Below are positions 48,426-62,274 of a DNA stretch of 64,000 nt, in pieces. The notes below the pieces were generated by a model that ran no database searches, had not been told where the DNA came from, and worked only from the letters and a program-made list of their open reading frames with translations. A program made the translations under genes and the position numbers. Source of the stretch: Klebsormidium nitens (lineage: Eukaryota; Plantae; Klebsormidiophyceae); contig DF236950.1 in NCBI GenBank assembly GCA_000708835.1, positions 466,129-530,128 of the forward strand, given 5' to 3'. Every line of letters starts with the position of its first letter. Within the stretch, counting starts at the first letter, position 1.

Positions 48426-49865
48426 CGGCTGCAACGAGGTTTGGTGATGCTTTTCGCGGTTTTCCCCATCTTGGAGATGACGAATCCGACCTGGTTGACA
48501 AGAGCGGGCCATTTTGCCTCTGGCCTTCTGTTGATCCGCGACTTCGTCGAATGATTTTAACACGCCTCTTTTGAATGTATTACATTGTGATTATTAAGAG
48601 GAGGTTTGCTTTGGTGAGGTAGGTGCGTCGGTCCGATTAGGTTGCCCCTGGTTTTGAAGCTAGTGGTAAGGAAATACGATGTAGAGCTGTATTTAAGAGA
48701 CGCATCTGACCACCGTCGGTTGAGAATTCACCCTCTGCTCTACCTGGGTCCCTCTAGAATCCCGTACGTATGAGAATAGGTACAAGCGGAAGCTGCCATA
48801 CTAGAGCCGCAGTGAGTGCACGCTAGCACGTACAAAGACAGAGGAGAAGCGCCTTTTCGGGCGCTGCTTAGAGCATATACTCAAAGCAAGTTGTTGGGCA
48901 CTTTTATCGCCGACTACATAATCGGGGGCACACGTACTCAATCCGTTGAGGCACCACGATCATTGATGTACATAATCTGTAACATCGAGGCGCCTCCAAA
49001 GGCTTCTCGATCCGACAGTCCGTCGTGAGGCCCACAGAATCCAGCGGAGCTGCAGCCACCCCGCCGTCGCTGTCAGCCTAGCTTTCATATAGTGCATCTT
49101 GGGTAGAGCGGCTGCCATTTGATCTCACGCACATGCGAGTTTTATGCTAGTTCGTAAGCAACCCTCACGTGATTGTCATCCGACGGCGGGCGGACTCAAA
49201 ATGAGACCATCGAACATCCTAAGCGGATATCGGTTTTAAGGTTTGCATATGATAGTGAAAAGCATCTGTGCTATGATTCAGATCGTCGGTAGTATAGCCT
49301 GGCACGTGGCTAGCCGGGTTCCAGAAAAGCTGCACACTCGATCGTGACGGTGGCAGCCGCCACATAGAAGCCCTCATCATTGGGCCAAAGTTTGACTCCA
49401 GGCGGCTGCTGCCCCATGCATGGTCTGGCTAAATACCCGGCAATATATGTGGCATTGCATACAGATCGACGAACTATTGTCTCGGCCAACGCCGTGTCAA
49501 CACATGGCCTGCTGAGTGACTTGATGCACGGCTTACTTTTGACACATTCTTGGACTACGCGTGAATTGCCGAGCACGATGTCTATCTTTTTGAAAGGTGA
49601 AGGGCTGACAACGCGGCTATCGGATTCCAGCCATGCGTTCGTTTCTCAGAGCCGCTGTAGATCGCGTAACTTCCCTTACCGCAGCCTGTGGCGGGACACG
49701 AATTATCTAGCGTGCGCCAACCGGTGGACGGGTCCACTCCAGAGTCCCGGGGCATCCTTTACAACGTTGCTGATCCTCTGGTTGAGGGTGGTCACGCAAG
49801 CAGCCTACATGTCTAATTGACGTTCTGCTTGACATTTTCGGTCACTTTCTACTGCGCTTCCGGTG

Positions 49866-52652
49866 CTACAGGGCTGCCTTCTTCTTGTTGAAGGCCATGC
49901 CACTTATGCCGCTTGGATCAGTGACGAACCTGCGCAACCGCACGGTAAGATCAGCCTGTCACCTCCCTAGGTCGAGCACCGACACCCTGGATCCTCAACG
50001 CCGGACGGCCAAGCTCCTGAAAGGCGCTTAAGCACAGTATCCAGCTCAGTTGGCACGCCAAACGAAAAGAAAAGTAGAAACGGAACAACGCAGGACGCTT
50101 TGCGTATCTCACCCTAGAGGCTTGTAAAACGACACGACGTTGGGCTCCGCATACAGGTTGATGTTTACAATCCCCTGCGAGGAACAGAAGCACCGTCAGC
50201 GAGAGGAAGAGCGGGCCGAAACAACGGATAGGATGACAAATCGAACAACGAGGATCATCTAAATGTGACAACAGACACGAAAACAAATCTCTTTCTGAAG
50301 TCGCCACTTCAAGTCTGTAGTCAAGCTGCTCAAAGAGAGAGGGAAGTTTGAGGCTTTCGGCTCCGTACTTGACTCAAAGCCCTGCCAACCAGGCGAGTGC
50401 AAAGAGCATTCGCAAGGCAACGCAGAGGTCTCGTGCAAGCAATCCCGGGGCCGCACTCTGCATTCCTCAGTTGCACGACGATTGTGCCACCCCGGCGGTC
50501 CAAGCAGGCGTGCTCGTTCTACCAATGTCCTGCGTGCTAGAATTGTATCCCGCACAATCAATCGAAGGTCGGGCCGATTGAGGTGACAGTGCTTTCTACG
50601 GGACACTCTTGGTCGCGACTGGTTGACAGATTCGGATCAACGAAGTTGCCCAGCGGATGGTTGCTCTTACCCTATTTAGAAGCTCCGCCATCAGCCTTTC
50701 GATAACCGCCTGCAACAGATGAGAGAGGCTTCTCGACTGGCCATTTCAGACACAAGCAGAGAAAGAGAACAGCAACTCTGATCGGAGGGCCTGAGATTGC
50801 ATCACCAGCCTGCCTGGCAGGTTCAAGTCCGCCGTGACGCGAGTATCGCCGCAAATGCACACCACCTTCCGTCCGCCTAAGCCAAACAAGCGTGCATCGC
50901 AACCGGCGAGCTCGTTTTGCCGTCCCTCCAATGGTTGGGCCATCACCTTGCCGAGGCCTTTCTTCTGCCAGCCCGGGTCCACCACCACGTCCCAGATGGT
51001 CTGCACCACAGCACACCCCCGCATCACCCGCACCGCCACCATGACTCGAACTGATGTACGACGCCAAGAGCGAAATGCAGCATCGGCAGTCCAGGTCAAA
51101 AGCATTTCGCAGGCGACCAAGTTCGAATGCAGTATGGCGTCCAGGCATGTACTTACAGCATTAAAGACCGCGTCCCCAGTGGCTCTGGCAAATGCAATCA
51201 GCCGGTCGTTTTCCGTGTCTAGGAGCCAAACCATCTGCATGCGAGGATGTGTCAAAAGAGTGGTGGAAAAGGCAGGCAATCAAAGCAGGTAACTTGGGTG
51301 CACGAGTCCCAGCGGCAGCTGCGAGGTGCAGGCTAAGCTTACGTGCTGGCCCTTGATGCCCCTGGCCTTTCAGGGCTGAACGACAGAGCAATCTTCGTCT
51401 CCCAAAACATCAGCATATGGGCAGGAAGAGCAACCAGAGTCAGTGGTTCCATCGCCAAGCAATATCCATGGCGACAAGTGCCGCTTACCGCTAGGGTGTT
51501 TTGAAGTGCTATCCGCAGCTTGGACCGCTTTCTGTGAGGGAACCCAACCTGCAGGCACCCATGGAATGCGCAGATTAGCCACAGGCAGCACATAATTGGG
51601 GGAACACAAGAGCAGTGGATTCGTTTGGCATGGCCCTTCTTCTCCTCCAATCGGATGCTGCCTCCTTGCCTCGCATCTCTCCACACTCTCCTGTTCAGAA
51701 AGGAGGGCCCACGAGCCCTGTCCTGCCAAACGCACCCCCCCCCCATCATTCTGAGGCCGAGCGCCGTTCAATTAAGCCCCCGCTTATTTCAACTGGCGTT
51801 GGGTGCCCACCTTGCCAAACAGTCCGTTGAGCTGGTCCAGGTCGACGCTGTCACCTTCAGAGTTGAAGCGCAGCCCCTGCACCAGCGCACCAGCCTCCTG
51901 TGATCAGAGGCCTTCAAGCGGGGCCACACCAGAGTCTGCAGGAACATTCCTTTCGAATGAGCCTGCTCAGGATCTTGACAGCAAGGCCCCGCATGATGTG
52001 AACAGTCTTTGCTTCAACAGAGTGCTGGATAAGCTGACGCTTCCCTCACCTCTTCTGAGAATTCCTCATCTGAGATGCTGAACTTCTGCACACAATAGAA
52101 TTGACTGGTCATAATTCAAGCACAATGGTGGTGTGCCAAGTGGTACTGCCACTAATGAAGCCCAAAAGACTAACAACCTGATCAAAGCAAGGACAATGCG
52201 GGGCTGATTTGGACTCTGCATCAATGCTGCCAGCTGTGTGTGTGTGGGCGTTCTGGGGGCTCAAAAAGCAGACAGACCCTCACTCCTGACAAGGTGATCC
52301 CCGCAGCTTCTGTTGTGAGAAGCCTTTCTCGCAGTCCGCTGTCCTGCTGTGACTGGTGTACCCCCTCGATCAAGCACCTCGGTGTCCAACAGCCCATCCG
52401 TTTTCTGCCCTGCCTCACGCCTCGTTTCCCATTGAACCTTTCCAGCTGTGGATTCAGCGGTGCACTTGTGCCGCCACATTGCAGCGACCGAAGTGGATGC
52501 CGCCTGTCTGTCCAGCACGCCCTGAGATTGTCGAAAATGGGGCCAGGCTCCGCATGTAGCCGCGAATGCGCACCAGGCTCCCCCACTAGGGAGCCATTGT
52601 GTAGAGTGTTGTTGCACAGCTGCAATCTCCACCCTGCGGCGGTGGCACACAT
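49866..52652 (-). CDS. Plastid GNAT acetyltransferase, GNAT1/SNAT2-like (NSI-related)
   Basis: Exons 52652-52284, 51897-51811, 51548-51489, 51234-51157, 51000-50947, ~50709-50671, ~50174-50113 and ~49929-49866. Protein includes VDLDQLNGLFGK|VGFPHRKRSKLRIALQNT, AFARATGDAVFNA|TIWDVVVDPGWQKKGLGK|AVIERL, INLYAEPNVVSFYKPLG|FVTDPSGISGMAF. The start codon is less certain. Confidence 0.88.
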
Positions 52653-53006
52653 GGTGAGCTGTTCGTCAGCGCCACCAAGAGCAAGACTGGCTTGGTCTGT
52701 TCTTCAGCCTTTTGGGTCTCAAAGTCAGAAGCCGCCTTAGCTACCTAGGTGTCTAGCTAGCTTCCTGCGTTCCCTCGAGTTCTGCCAGTGCCAGAGACTT
52801 GAGTCCAGACTCGGAGCTTCTCGTCAGAACCTCTGCCACTCCGACATCCACCACTGCCAGATCATGTTGAAACTTGAAGACGGGAGTCAGAGGTCGAGAA
52901 AAGGGCGCTGCATTTTGCCATGCCTTCAAGTTCACGGTTTTCCTGATGCAACAGTGCAGGTCGCCCCTTCTGTATCTAGTTTTAGTCCAGCGCACGCATT
53001 CATCTG

Positions 53007-56000
53007 ATGGCGGAGAGCTGGAAGATGGCGCACGACAATAGCACCTCTTCTCAGCACCACGATTCGCCCCTTGTTTTTGCCTATTATGTCACAGGCCATG
53101 GGTTGGGTCATGCGACACGCGTTGTGGAGGTAAGCCATTGCGCATACTGCGATCGGCAGCATAGAATAAGGACAATCTGTCTCCTCTGGAAAGATGCGAG
53201 CCACGCCACCTCCTGCAAATGGCTGTCTCCACCACATCAACAGAATTGCCACCGCGCATGGTGATTTGTTTGTCAGGCTTAGAATATTGAGGCTGCGCTC
53301 CTCTTTTGTTGCAGGTGACGCGGCATCTCATCGATGCGGGCCATGTTGTGCACGTTGTTACGGCTGCGCCTGAGAATGTGTTCTTCAGAGAGATACAGTC
53401 TGCCAATTTGCACGTCAGGAAGGTGGGCTGGTCCCTGCGTGCACAGTTACTCCTTGTACGCTGCCCTGCTTGTGTGGTGGTGGTGGTGGTGGTGGTATAT
53501 ACAACAGTAGGGGGTGGTGGTGGTATGTTACTAGTGGTGTAAGTGAGCGCCTTGCCTGTGACACCCCCCTAAGCCTGGTCTGATCCTGAAGGATTTCACC
53601 TTCCTGATGCTGCTGGTTACAGCCACTGAACCAAAACAGTACCCCTGAGTGGTGATGCATTTCATAGAATTCTGAACGCTTTTGGTTCTACCATGTGATT
53701 AACATAACAAGCAGAAAAAGCGATTGATTCTTACTTCCAGGTGGGAACATGAAAGTCCTGCCACTTTCTTTGCAGGTGTTGCTGGACACCGGCGCAGTGC
53801 AATCTGATGCTCTCACCGTCAACAGAATTGCTTCTTTGGAACAAGTAAGCACCTCGCCACCAACAGAATCATCGTGGGTCTTCATGGGCTACTATCTCAA
53901 ACTTTTCTTTGAGCTCTTTCTGGTGGAATAAAGAATGACGGTCAAACATCAACATTGCTCGCTGTTGGAATCAGTGGTTCGGGCACCAAAGGGATTTGTG
54001 CTCATATTGAATCTGCATATGGAAAACCCCTGCATCTGCTTGCGTGCAGTACATGAAGACGGCTGTCCTTCCCCGCGAGTCCTTACTCAAAGACGAAGCG
54101 GCATGGCTCAAGTCAGTGGGCGCCAACCTGGTGGTGAGGCTGCCCACCGGATGGCAGGCCCCGCTTGTTCCAATGCGAGGTCAATGATGTCGGTCCACCT
54201 TGAGCAGTTCACACAAACAGATAGATCAGTGCATCAGTACGCAAGTGTGCCTACCGCTTGAATTGTAGATTCGTGCTTCTGATTCTTGGATTGTACGCAA
54301 GATTGGTTTGCTGAACGACGCTGCAATCATCAAACATGGGGCCAATCCCAAACTAGAGCCTCTTGAGTCGAACTGATATGGAGACATCAACACCTGTTCT
54401 TGGTAATAACATGTGAGACTCTTGACCCTTTCGTTCTTGACTTGGTCTTATTGGCTTTGATCACTCAGCGCAATCAGCCATATCAGTCTGTGAGCTACTT
54501 GAGCCTCTTGTTCCTTTTGAGAAGACAATTGTGGCTGTTGTGTTGCCAGGTGTCTGACGTGGTCCCGATTGCGTGCGCTGCCGCGTCTGCTGCGGGCATT
54601 CCCTCCATGTGCGTGTCCAACTTCTCGTGGGACTACATCTTCGCGGAGTACGTCATCGTGGCCGGGGCCCACCACCGCTCCCTCCTCTGGCAGGTCAGCC
54701 CCCGCAGTGCCACCCCGCTGCGCCCCAGCCTCACAGCTGCAAACATCAGGTGCAGCTTTTTGCCTGCGGCCCCCTTCCTGGAGGGCGCTATCTCATCTAG
54801 GGACGTGCTTTCTACCACAATCGAGTGAATTGGGTTCTGACTGTCCTGGATCCCCCTGACCCCCCTGTTCTGGGCTGGCATTTATGCCAGATTGCGGACG
54901 ACTACTCTCAAGCCCTGGGCCTCCTGCGCCTCCCTGGCTACTGCCCCAGTGAGCCGTCATATGCGCGCCTTTGCCTCTGCGTGGGTCTGCGGTGCATCAA
55001 CTTTATACCCAGCCGTTCTTATACAAATCAATTGCTCGCTTCTCCTGGTGTACCCCTTTCCAGGGTGACAGCATGGTAGGGACTCTTCCTGAAGCCCTGT
55101 CCGTCCCTCTGTGCAGTGCCCGCTTTCCGCAACGTTCTGGATGTCCCACTGGTGGTGCGACCCGTCCGCCGCAGCCGCCAGCAGGTGAGCGCCACTGTTG
55201 CCGCTTCGTTTGCGCCTGCTTGTCCCAGGCTGCTGCCCGGCGCCCTGCACTGGCGTCTGAGATGCACTACTGATGGGGAATCAACGCCAACCAGCGCCGT
55301 CGAGGGATACGTGTATAAGGGGTCAGGGTGTGATGGCGACGACGGGTGGGGCAGCTCAAGTCGGGTCTTTGGCTCTGTGGGGCATCATCCAGTTGAGGCA
55401 GAAGCTGGTGTGAGCGATGCTTCCGGCGTTTGGGCGATCCTGTGCGCGGGTTCCGCCCGGTTGCGTGACTGCGTTCATGGCGGTGTGGTGTGAGCAGGTG
55501 CGCGCGGAGCTGGGGGTCAGCGAGGATACCAAGCTGCTGCTCTTCAACTTCGGGGGGCAGGTGAGCGAGCACGGGCAATGGAGTGGAGCATGCAACGGAA
55601 GCCCCTGTTTCTTGATTTGGATCGCTGGAAACAGACACGAGTTAGTCTCGTAGTGTCATCATTCTGATTGTTCTCGAAAGTATCACTGATCTAGAAGATC
55701 TTGAGATGAAACTACTGTAATTGGACACGACCTACTTTCTTAAATCCTTGATGAACATTTCTCGCAATTCCATCGATCCCAGAAGACCTTGGTTGTCGAA
55801 CCACGATACTTCGGCACGGACTAATCCGGTACCTCCATAATGGAGGTTTCGCGCAAAATGTCACTGAGTCTAGAAGACCTCGATAAGCGAACTACGACAC
55901 ATGGACACACCTACTCTCGTACTTCCGTAACCAACTTTTCTCATAATCCCGTTGAACTTAAGACTCTAATTTACGAATCACGATTCAGGCCTAAGCACTG

Positions 56001-59000
56001 CAAAGGATATACAGTCGTTCCTTTTGGACTCTATGGTCTGCTTCGAGGACGCGGTAAAAATGGTTGTTCCTGCCGAGGTTTGCTGCTGTGAGTAATCGGA
56101 AAAAACTCCCGTCGTGGAACATGTTCCTGCCTACTAACGTGACCCCCTCTTGTTTTGCAGGACGCCAGCTGGCAGCTGCAGGCCAGCTTCCTCCCTCCCG
56201 GCTGGAAGTGTCTGGTGAGCTCCGCCTCTTTCTGTCTGCCCTGGCGCACAGCCCCGTGCATCTTCCGATGGCCCGCCTGCCGCCTCGCCTCTTTCCTGCG
56301 GGTGTCCCCCGGGTGAGCGCTGCGGTGCTGCGCTGCAGGTGTGCACCGCGCTGCCGGTGCCGGCGCTGCCCCCCAACTTCCTGCGCCCGCACCACGACGC
56401 CTACACCCCGGACCTCATCAACGCCTGCGACTGCATGCTGGGTAAGCACCAGCGCTGGCAGATCGGACTCGCAAAGCTTTGTATGGGAGCGGCTGAGGGC
56501 TGTTGCCTACGAGGTTGCACCCCCCTCCTCGGTGTGCTTGGGCTCTCAGTGCAGCAACACGCGGCTGGGGTTGCCGTTGTGCTGGTCGTGGCAGTGACCT
56601 TGGTGCCGTGTGCTGGTCCAGGCAAGATCGGGTACGGCACCGCGAGCGAGGCGCTGGCCATGAAGAAGCCGTTTGTGTTTGTGCGCCGTGACTACTTCAG
56701 CGAGGAGCCCTTCCTGCGCAAGATGCTCGAGGCAAGCTGCACAGCCCTGGGCGCCAGGCCCGCTGGCCGACGTCGTCATACTCTCTCTCACCCTTTCGTA
56801 GCAATGCATATTGTGAGGTGGAGTCACTGTCTCTTGCTGGTGCATGCCTTTGTTCCCATGCTCTGCCACTCTTGTAAACCCCGCCGTGGCTTGTTGCCCC
56901 AGATTCATCGCTGCGCAGTGGAGATGAAGCGGCAGGACTTCTTCGAGGGCCGCTGGCAGTCGTACCTGGACCGTGCCGCCGTCATCCACCCCAACTACTC
57001 GGGCCGGCTGGACGGAGGCAAGGTATGTGCAGCCCCGCCACTATCCACCCGGGGCCCACAGGGATGGGAGCACCCACTAGGCGGACGAATCGTGCTGCAC
57101 GATTCGCCATCGGAGAGTGCTCTTTGGATCAGTTTCTTGTAGCTTCATGAGACGAGGAGATGCAAAAGGCACGACGGCGTTGCAGGTGGTCCAAATGCGT
57201 CCGCCGGTGTTGTGCTGCGTGAAACGTCCGCTGATCCTGCGGTGTGCTGCAGGTGGCGGCTCGCCTGCTGCAGGACGCCGCGCTGGGCCGCCTGGACACC
57301 CGCCACCGTGTGAGCCCTCCGCCCAACTTACGCCCGCGCCTGGCCCAGGGCCGTCAGGGGAAACGGCGCGCTGTCCTTCTCAGGAATAAGAAGACCCGCT
57401 TCTGTGCTGGCTGTCATGCACAACTTCCATCGGCGGATCTTGATCGCGTGCGATTGTCGAGTCATGTCTGCTTGTGCGGGTTGCCATGGCCCGCCCCTGA
57501 GGCTGGCTGTGTGTGGCCTGTGGCGTGCAGCAGGGCGACGGCGTGGGCCGGCTGCGCGACGCGATCGTGCTGGGGTACCAGCTGCACCGCATGCCGGGCC
57601 GCCTGGACATCGACGTGCCCGAGTGGTACCACGCCTGGGCCAGCGAGGCCGCCTCCCCCGCGCCGTCCCCCCTCCACGGCAGCCCCCTCCCCGAGCTGCG
57701 CCTGCTCGACACGCAGCCCGCGCGCATGGCCGACCAGCTCACCGACAGGTGCGCCCACTAGGAGGATGTTGCCTGAGCGCACCGCCAAGCATGGGGATAG
57801 GTCGCTGGCGCATTGATGACCGAGAAAACGCTTTCAACAGCTTGACTGCCGCTGCCCGCCTTAGCCCCCCGCCCTTGCCGTGCAGCGCGCTGGCGTCCTT
57901 CACCCTCCTCCACGGCGACCTGTCGGGGCGGCCCGACACGGCGGCGTTCCTGGTGACCCTGGCGCGGCTGCAGCAGGAGGGCGACCTGGCGGCCTCAGAC
58001 AGCGCGGCGCAGCCGACGGAGCGCGAGAAGCTGGCGGCGGGCACGCTGTTCCGGTGGGAGGACGAGCTGGTGGTGGCGCGCGCGCCGGGGCGGCTGGACG
58101 TGATGGGCGGCATCGCGGACTACTCGGGCAGCCTCGTGCTGCAGATGCCCATCAAGGAGGCCGCGCACGTCGCGCTGCAGAGGAGCGACCCCGGTGAGCG
58201 CGCGTGCGACGACCGGAGACATACATGCTTCCAAACAGCCTGGGGGCATGAAGCGTCAGTCTGCTCGTCGGTGAACAAGGACCGGTATCGATGTCGGTCG
58301 ATGAAACAGTAAAAATAGCGTTCACTATAGCTACGTACAAAATAAATATTGCAACAAGTTACGATTGTGGGGGTGCCCCATCGCCCGCATGGTTGTTCTC
58401 AGTTGGTGTTAATCGCCATACTGTCTGTTGCTTTGCACCTGCAGCCAAGGCGGTGCTGTGGAAACACACCATTGCGCGGCAGAAGGCCAAGGGGCGGTAC
58501 CCGCAGGCGGCGCTGCACGTCGTGTCGTTTGGCGCGGACAAGACCAACCGCTCGCCCACGTTCGACCTGGACCTGGCGGACCTGCTGGACCCCGCCACGG
58601 GGCAGCCCCTCGAGTACGCCGCGGCGCGCGCGCTGTTTGAGCGCGACCCCAGCCAGCGGTGGGCGGCGTATGTGGCCGGGACGGTGCTGGTCCTCATGCG
58701 CGAGAAGGGCCTGCGCTGCGGCGACAGCCTGGCCATCCTGGTGCAGTCGGCGGTGCCCGAGGGCAAGGGCGTCTCCTCCTCCGCGGCCGTCGAGGTGACG
58801 GCCACGCTGTCCAGCATGCCGCTGTCTCGTACTCGTCCGTCGACATGTTGTCACGGGGCAACAACTGTGTGCAGTGTCGAGCTTGTCGGAAAAAGTGCCG
58901 TTGCAACTTGTTCAGTCAGCGCAGACTTTTTCGAGCTCTTTCAATCTAGCATGTGCTTCATTCCTGCCGAGCGTTATGGCTGCGTCGCCCCTGATAGTTT

Positions 59001-60615
59001 CTCCGCTGCCTCTCGGTGCCAGGTGGCGACCATGACAGCAGTGGCTGCGGCGTTCGACCTGTCGATCCCGCCCGCGGAGCTGGCTGCGCTGTGCCAGCTG
59101 GTGGAGAACGCGGTGTGCGGCAGCCCGTGCGGCATCATGGACCAGATGGCCTCCTGCTGCGGCCACGCCGGGAAGCTCCTCGCGCTCGTGTGCCAGCCCG
59201 CGCGCGTGCTGGGCCACGTGGACATCCCGCCGCACATCGCGCTGTGGGGCGTCGACTCGGGCATCCGCCACGCCGTGACCGGCGCCGACTATGGCTCAGT
59301 GCGCGTGGGGGCCTTCATGGGCAAGCGCCTGATACAGGAGGCCGCGCACGGAGAGGCCGCGGGGGTGGCCACGCGCGATACCGGGGACGCGGACGGCGAC
59401 GACGGGCTAGCCAGCGCGGCGCACGGGGACGCGCAGCTGGAGTACCTGGTCAACGTGCCGCCGCACAGGTGACCGCCGCCGACAGGGACACCGCCGGACG
59501 ACTCTCTTTGAGTTCCTGAGGTCCATACCGCAAAGAGGGGGCAGGGTCAGTGCGACAGCCATGCGTGCTCAGTTGTCACATGCACTCCCGCTTTTGCTGA
59601 CACAGCTGTTGCGCTGGGGCAGGTACGAAGCGCTGTACGCCCCGCTGCTATCGGAGGAGATGACGGGGCACGAGTTTGTGGCACGCTACGGCAGCCACCA
59701 CGACCCGGTGACCAGCATCGCGGCGGACAAGACGTACCCGGTGCGCGCGCCCACAGCGCACCCGATCTACGAGCACTTCCGCGTCGCCGCCTTCTCGGAG
59801 CTGATGCGCGCCCCGCCCAGCGCCGCGCAGCTGCGCATGCTGGGGGAGCTCATGTTCCAGGTACACCACCCCGCGCCCCGACGTGCAGCCAGCACGAGCA
59901 GCTGCCCGCTGAAGCGAACCCGAGTTGTCGTCAAGCGTCGCTGCCTGCAGATTTGCACTGTGTTGCCCGTCGTGCCGCTTGATCCCCTCTGACGCGGGGT
60001 GGCTGCCTGCTTTGCACGCAGTCCCACACGAGCTACGGGCGGTGCGGGCTGGGCAGCGACGGCACGGACCGCCTGGTGGGCCTGGTGCAGGGCCTGGCCG
60101 GGGACAGCAGCGGCGCCACGCCCGCGGCGGGGCTGTACGGGGCCAAGATCACGGGGGGGGGCAGCGGCGGGACGGTCTGCGTGCTGGGGGCCGCAGGCGA
60201 GCAGAGCAAGGCGCAGATCAAGCAGGTGCGGGCAGCCGGCGTCTCGGCTTCTGTGGGACGTCACAACGTGAACGGCACAATCGCCTTCATTGACCGATCT
60301 CCGATGCAAGGAGGTTTGCCCAACTGTCTCTACTGGCTGGTGACATCTCGTTCTGCTGGTTGATGTGGAAAAGGGCAGTGTTTCGCTCAGAGATGGATGG
60401 ACCATGAGAAGGCAAGCGTGGGCAGTGCCGGCCGTCCTGCTGACGGCGGCGGTGTGTCTGTGCAGCTGAAGCAGCGGTACAAGCGCGCCACCGGCCACAG
60501 CCCGTACATCTTCGAAGGCTCCTCCCCCGGTGCGGCGCAGTTCGGCCACCTGCGCATCCGCCGGCGCCCCGAGCAGGCCCCGCCCAGCAAGGCAGGGGAA
60601 GCAGCGCAGCGGTAA
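53007..60615 (+). CDS. ARA1: L-arabinokinase (glycosyltransferase-like N-terminal domain + GHMP kinase)
   Basis: About 20 exons. Motifs: [136 protein letters not shown]. Confidence 0.96.
53474..53524. repeat. (GGT)n microsatellite in ARA1 intron 2
   Basis: About seven GGT units at 53476-53496 and a second short run at ~53513-53524. Confidence 0.8.
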
Positions 60616-62274
60616 AGAGAATGTGTACCAGGGTGAGCATAGGACCCGCTGGTGCCATGTTGCGCACTCTGATAGGGCATGCCCGTGTACGTCTTCATCA
60701 ACAGGGTGCAAAGCGCAAGGTGAGGTATACATACAAACAAGTGGCAGGAAGAATCGGATGGTGGTGATTGATCAGCGGAAATTCAGCATCTACTGGGTCT
60801 ACTTAAAACGCGGTGGCTATCAAGCCTTCAGCTTGCGACTGTGGTATCCTCAGCGCTTGCAATACTCAGGCTCGCTGCTGCATTTAAAATCAGCCTCCCA
60901 AGGGGGCTGGATCGCAAGGTGGTGCCATTGATTCAGTTCCGTGGGTCCAGCCGGCTGGCACCTACTTCAACTAAAGCAGAACTAAGATGGCGGCAGCAAC
61001 AGGAACCTGATTTTACTAAATCAATTACCATGATACGCTTGAGGACTTGGATCGCCGCCATGCCATATACATGCATCACCTTATAGAGCTCAAACTGAGG
61101 CATGGGACGTAATGGAGCACATGGGGTTGGGGCTCTGTTTCAATCCAGCAAGCTTGATCTATACCTGATCTGATCTGCCCGCATGGCCTGGTCTTTTGAT
61201 GATTTCTAAAAGACTCGGGCTGAGCTAGGGTTGTCATCATCAATTGCATCGCATAAATGTTTTGTCTGCACCTCCTTCTAGATATTCATCGACAACGATC
61301 TGAGACAACAATAAGTCCGCATATTGCTTCTACAGGGTCGAGAAAGTTACGAAAATTGGGTGAGAATTTTACCACTATGGTACGGATTCTGCACACACAG
61401 GAACGGCACCATATTCATTCTAGAACGATTCTGGCACCAGAATCGTACCATTATGCTACCATGTTCTCATGTACCATTCGTCCACCGTTCCGGCACCAGA
61501 TCAACATGTTGCTTGAGTCCTGGTACTATAGCCTCACCATGCCGTTCTGGTACCTTTACAGTCTCATTTTGCACCGGGGGGTGTTCTACAATGAAGTATA
61601 TATTGCTTGTAGCATACACGAGACGGTGTACACCTAGGATATTTGAACAGTCTCAAAATGGTACGTGCGGAATTGATCAAGTACTTAAAATCTTTAGGGT
61701 GCAGATTGCCATTAAGCTCCTCGATCGACCACAAAGTTTTGCAACATGCGGAAATTGATCAAGCCTGCACATGGCATGCCATGATGCACAAAGACAAAAT
61801 CAAAGAATGATACTCTCAACCAACTCAATTTTCAAACTTAGGTAGTATAGGGTATTCAAGTAGACAATGGACCACATGTTGACCTGAGTACTATATGGAA
61901 TTTTGTGTGCATAGCCTGAACAACCATAGTTTCATGGACGATGGACCTTTTTGTTGAAGGTGTGAAAAGATGCTCAGCCTATGTAGTGCCAACGCATGAT
62001 GTTAGGCGCAAAGCATGGTCCTAGGAGTAGGTTTCTCGCCTATGAGTACTGTACAACAGTTTGAACTTCAATGACACCGCGTCCAAAAGCATAATCCTTT
62101 CAAGTTGTCAAAGCAACCAACCTTTGCGACATCAAAGCCACACGCACACTTGTGTTTATCATTGACCTGTAATCCGTAGCCAAGACCAACTAAACCAAAC
62201 CTGGTCCATCAATGTGATGGGTATCAATGTCCTACATCCCCTTATCTGCCACAGTCCCCCTAAGGAGGACTGCA

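Noticed and set aside
61330-61640. ACCAT/GGTAC-rich tract with a 9-bp hairpin (acgattctg-gcac-cagaatcgt)
   Set aside because: It may be a decayed repeat, but I could not define ends or a partner copy in the window.
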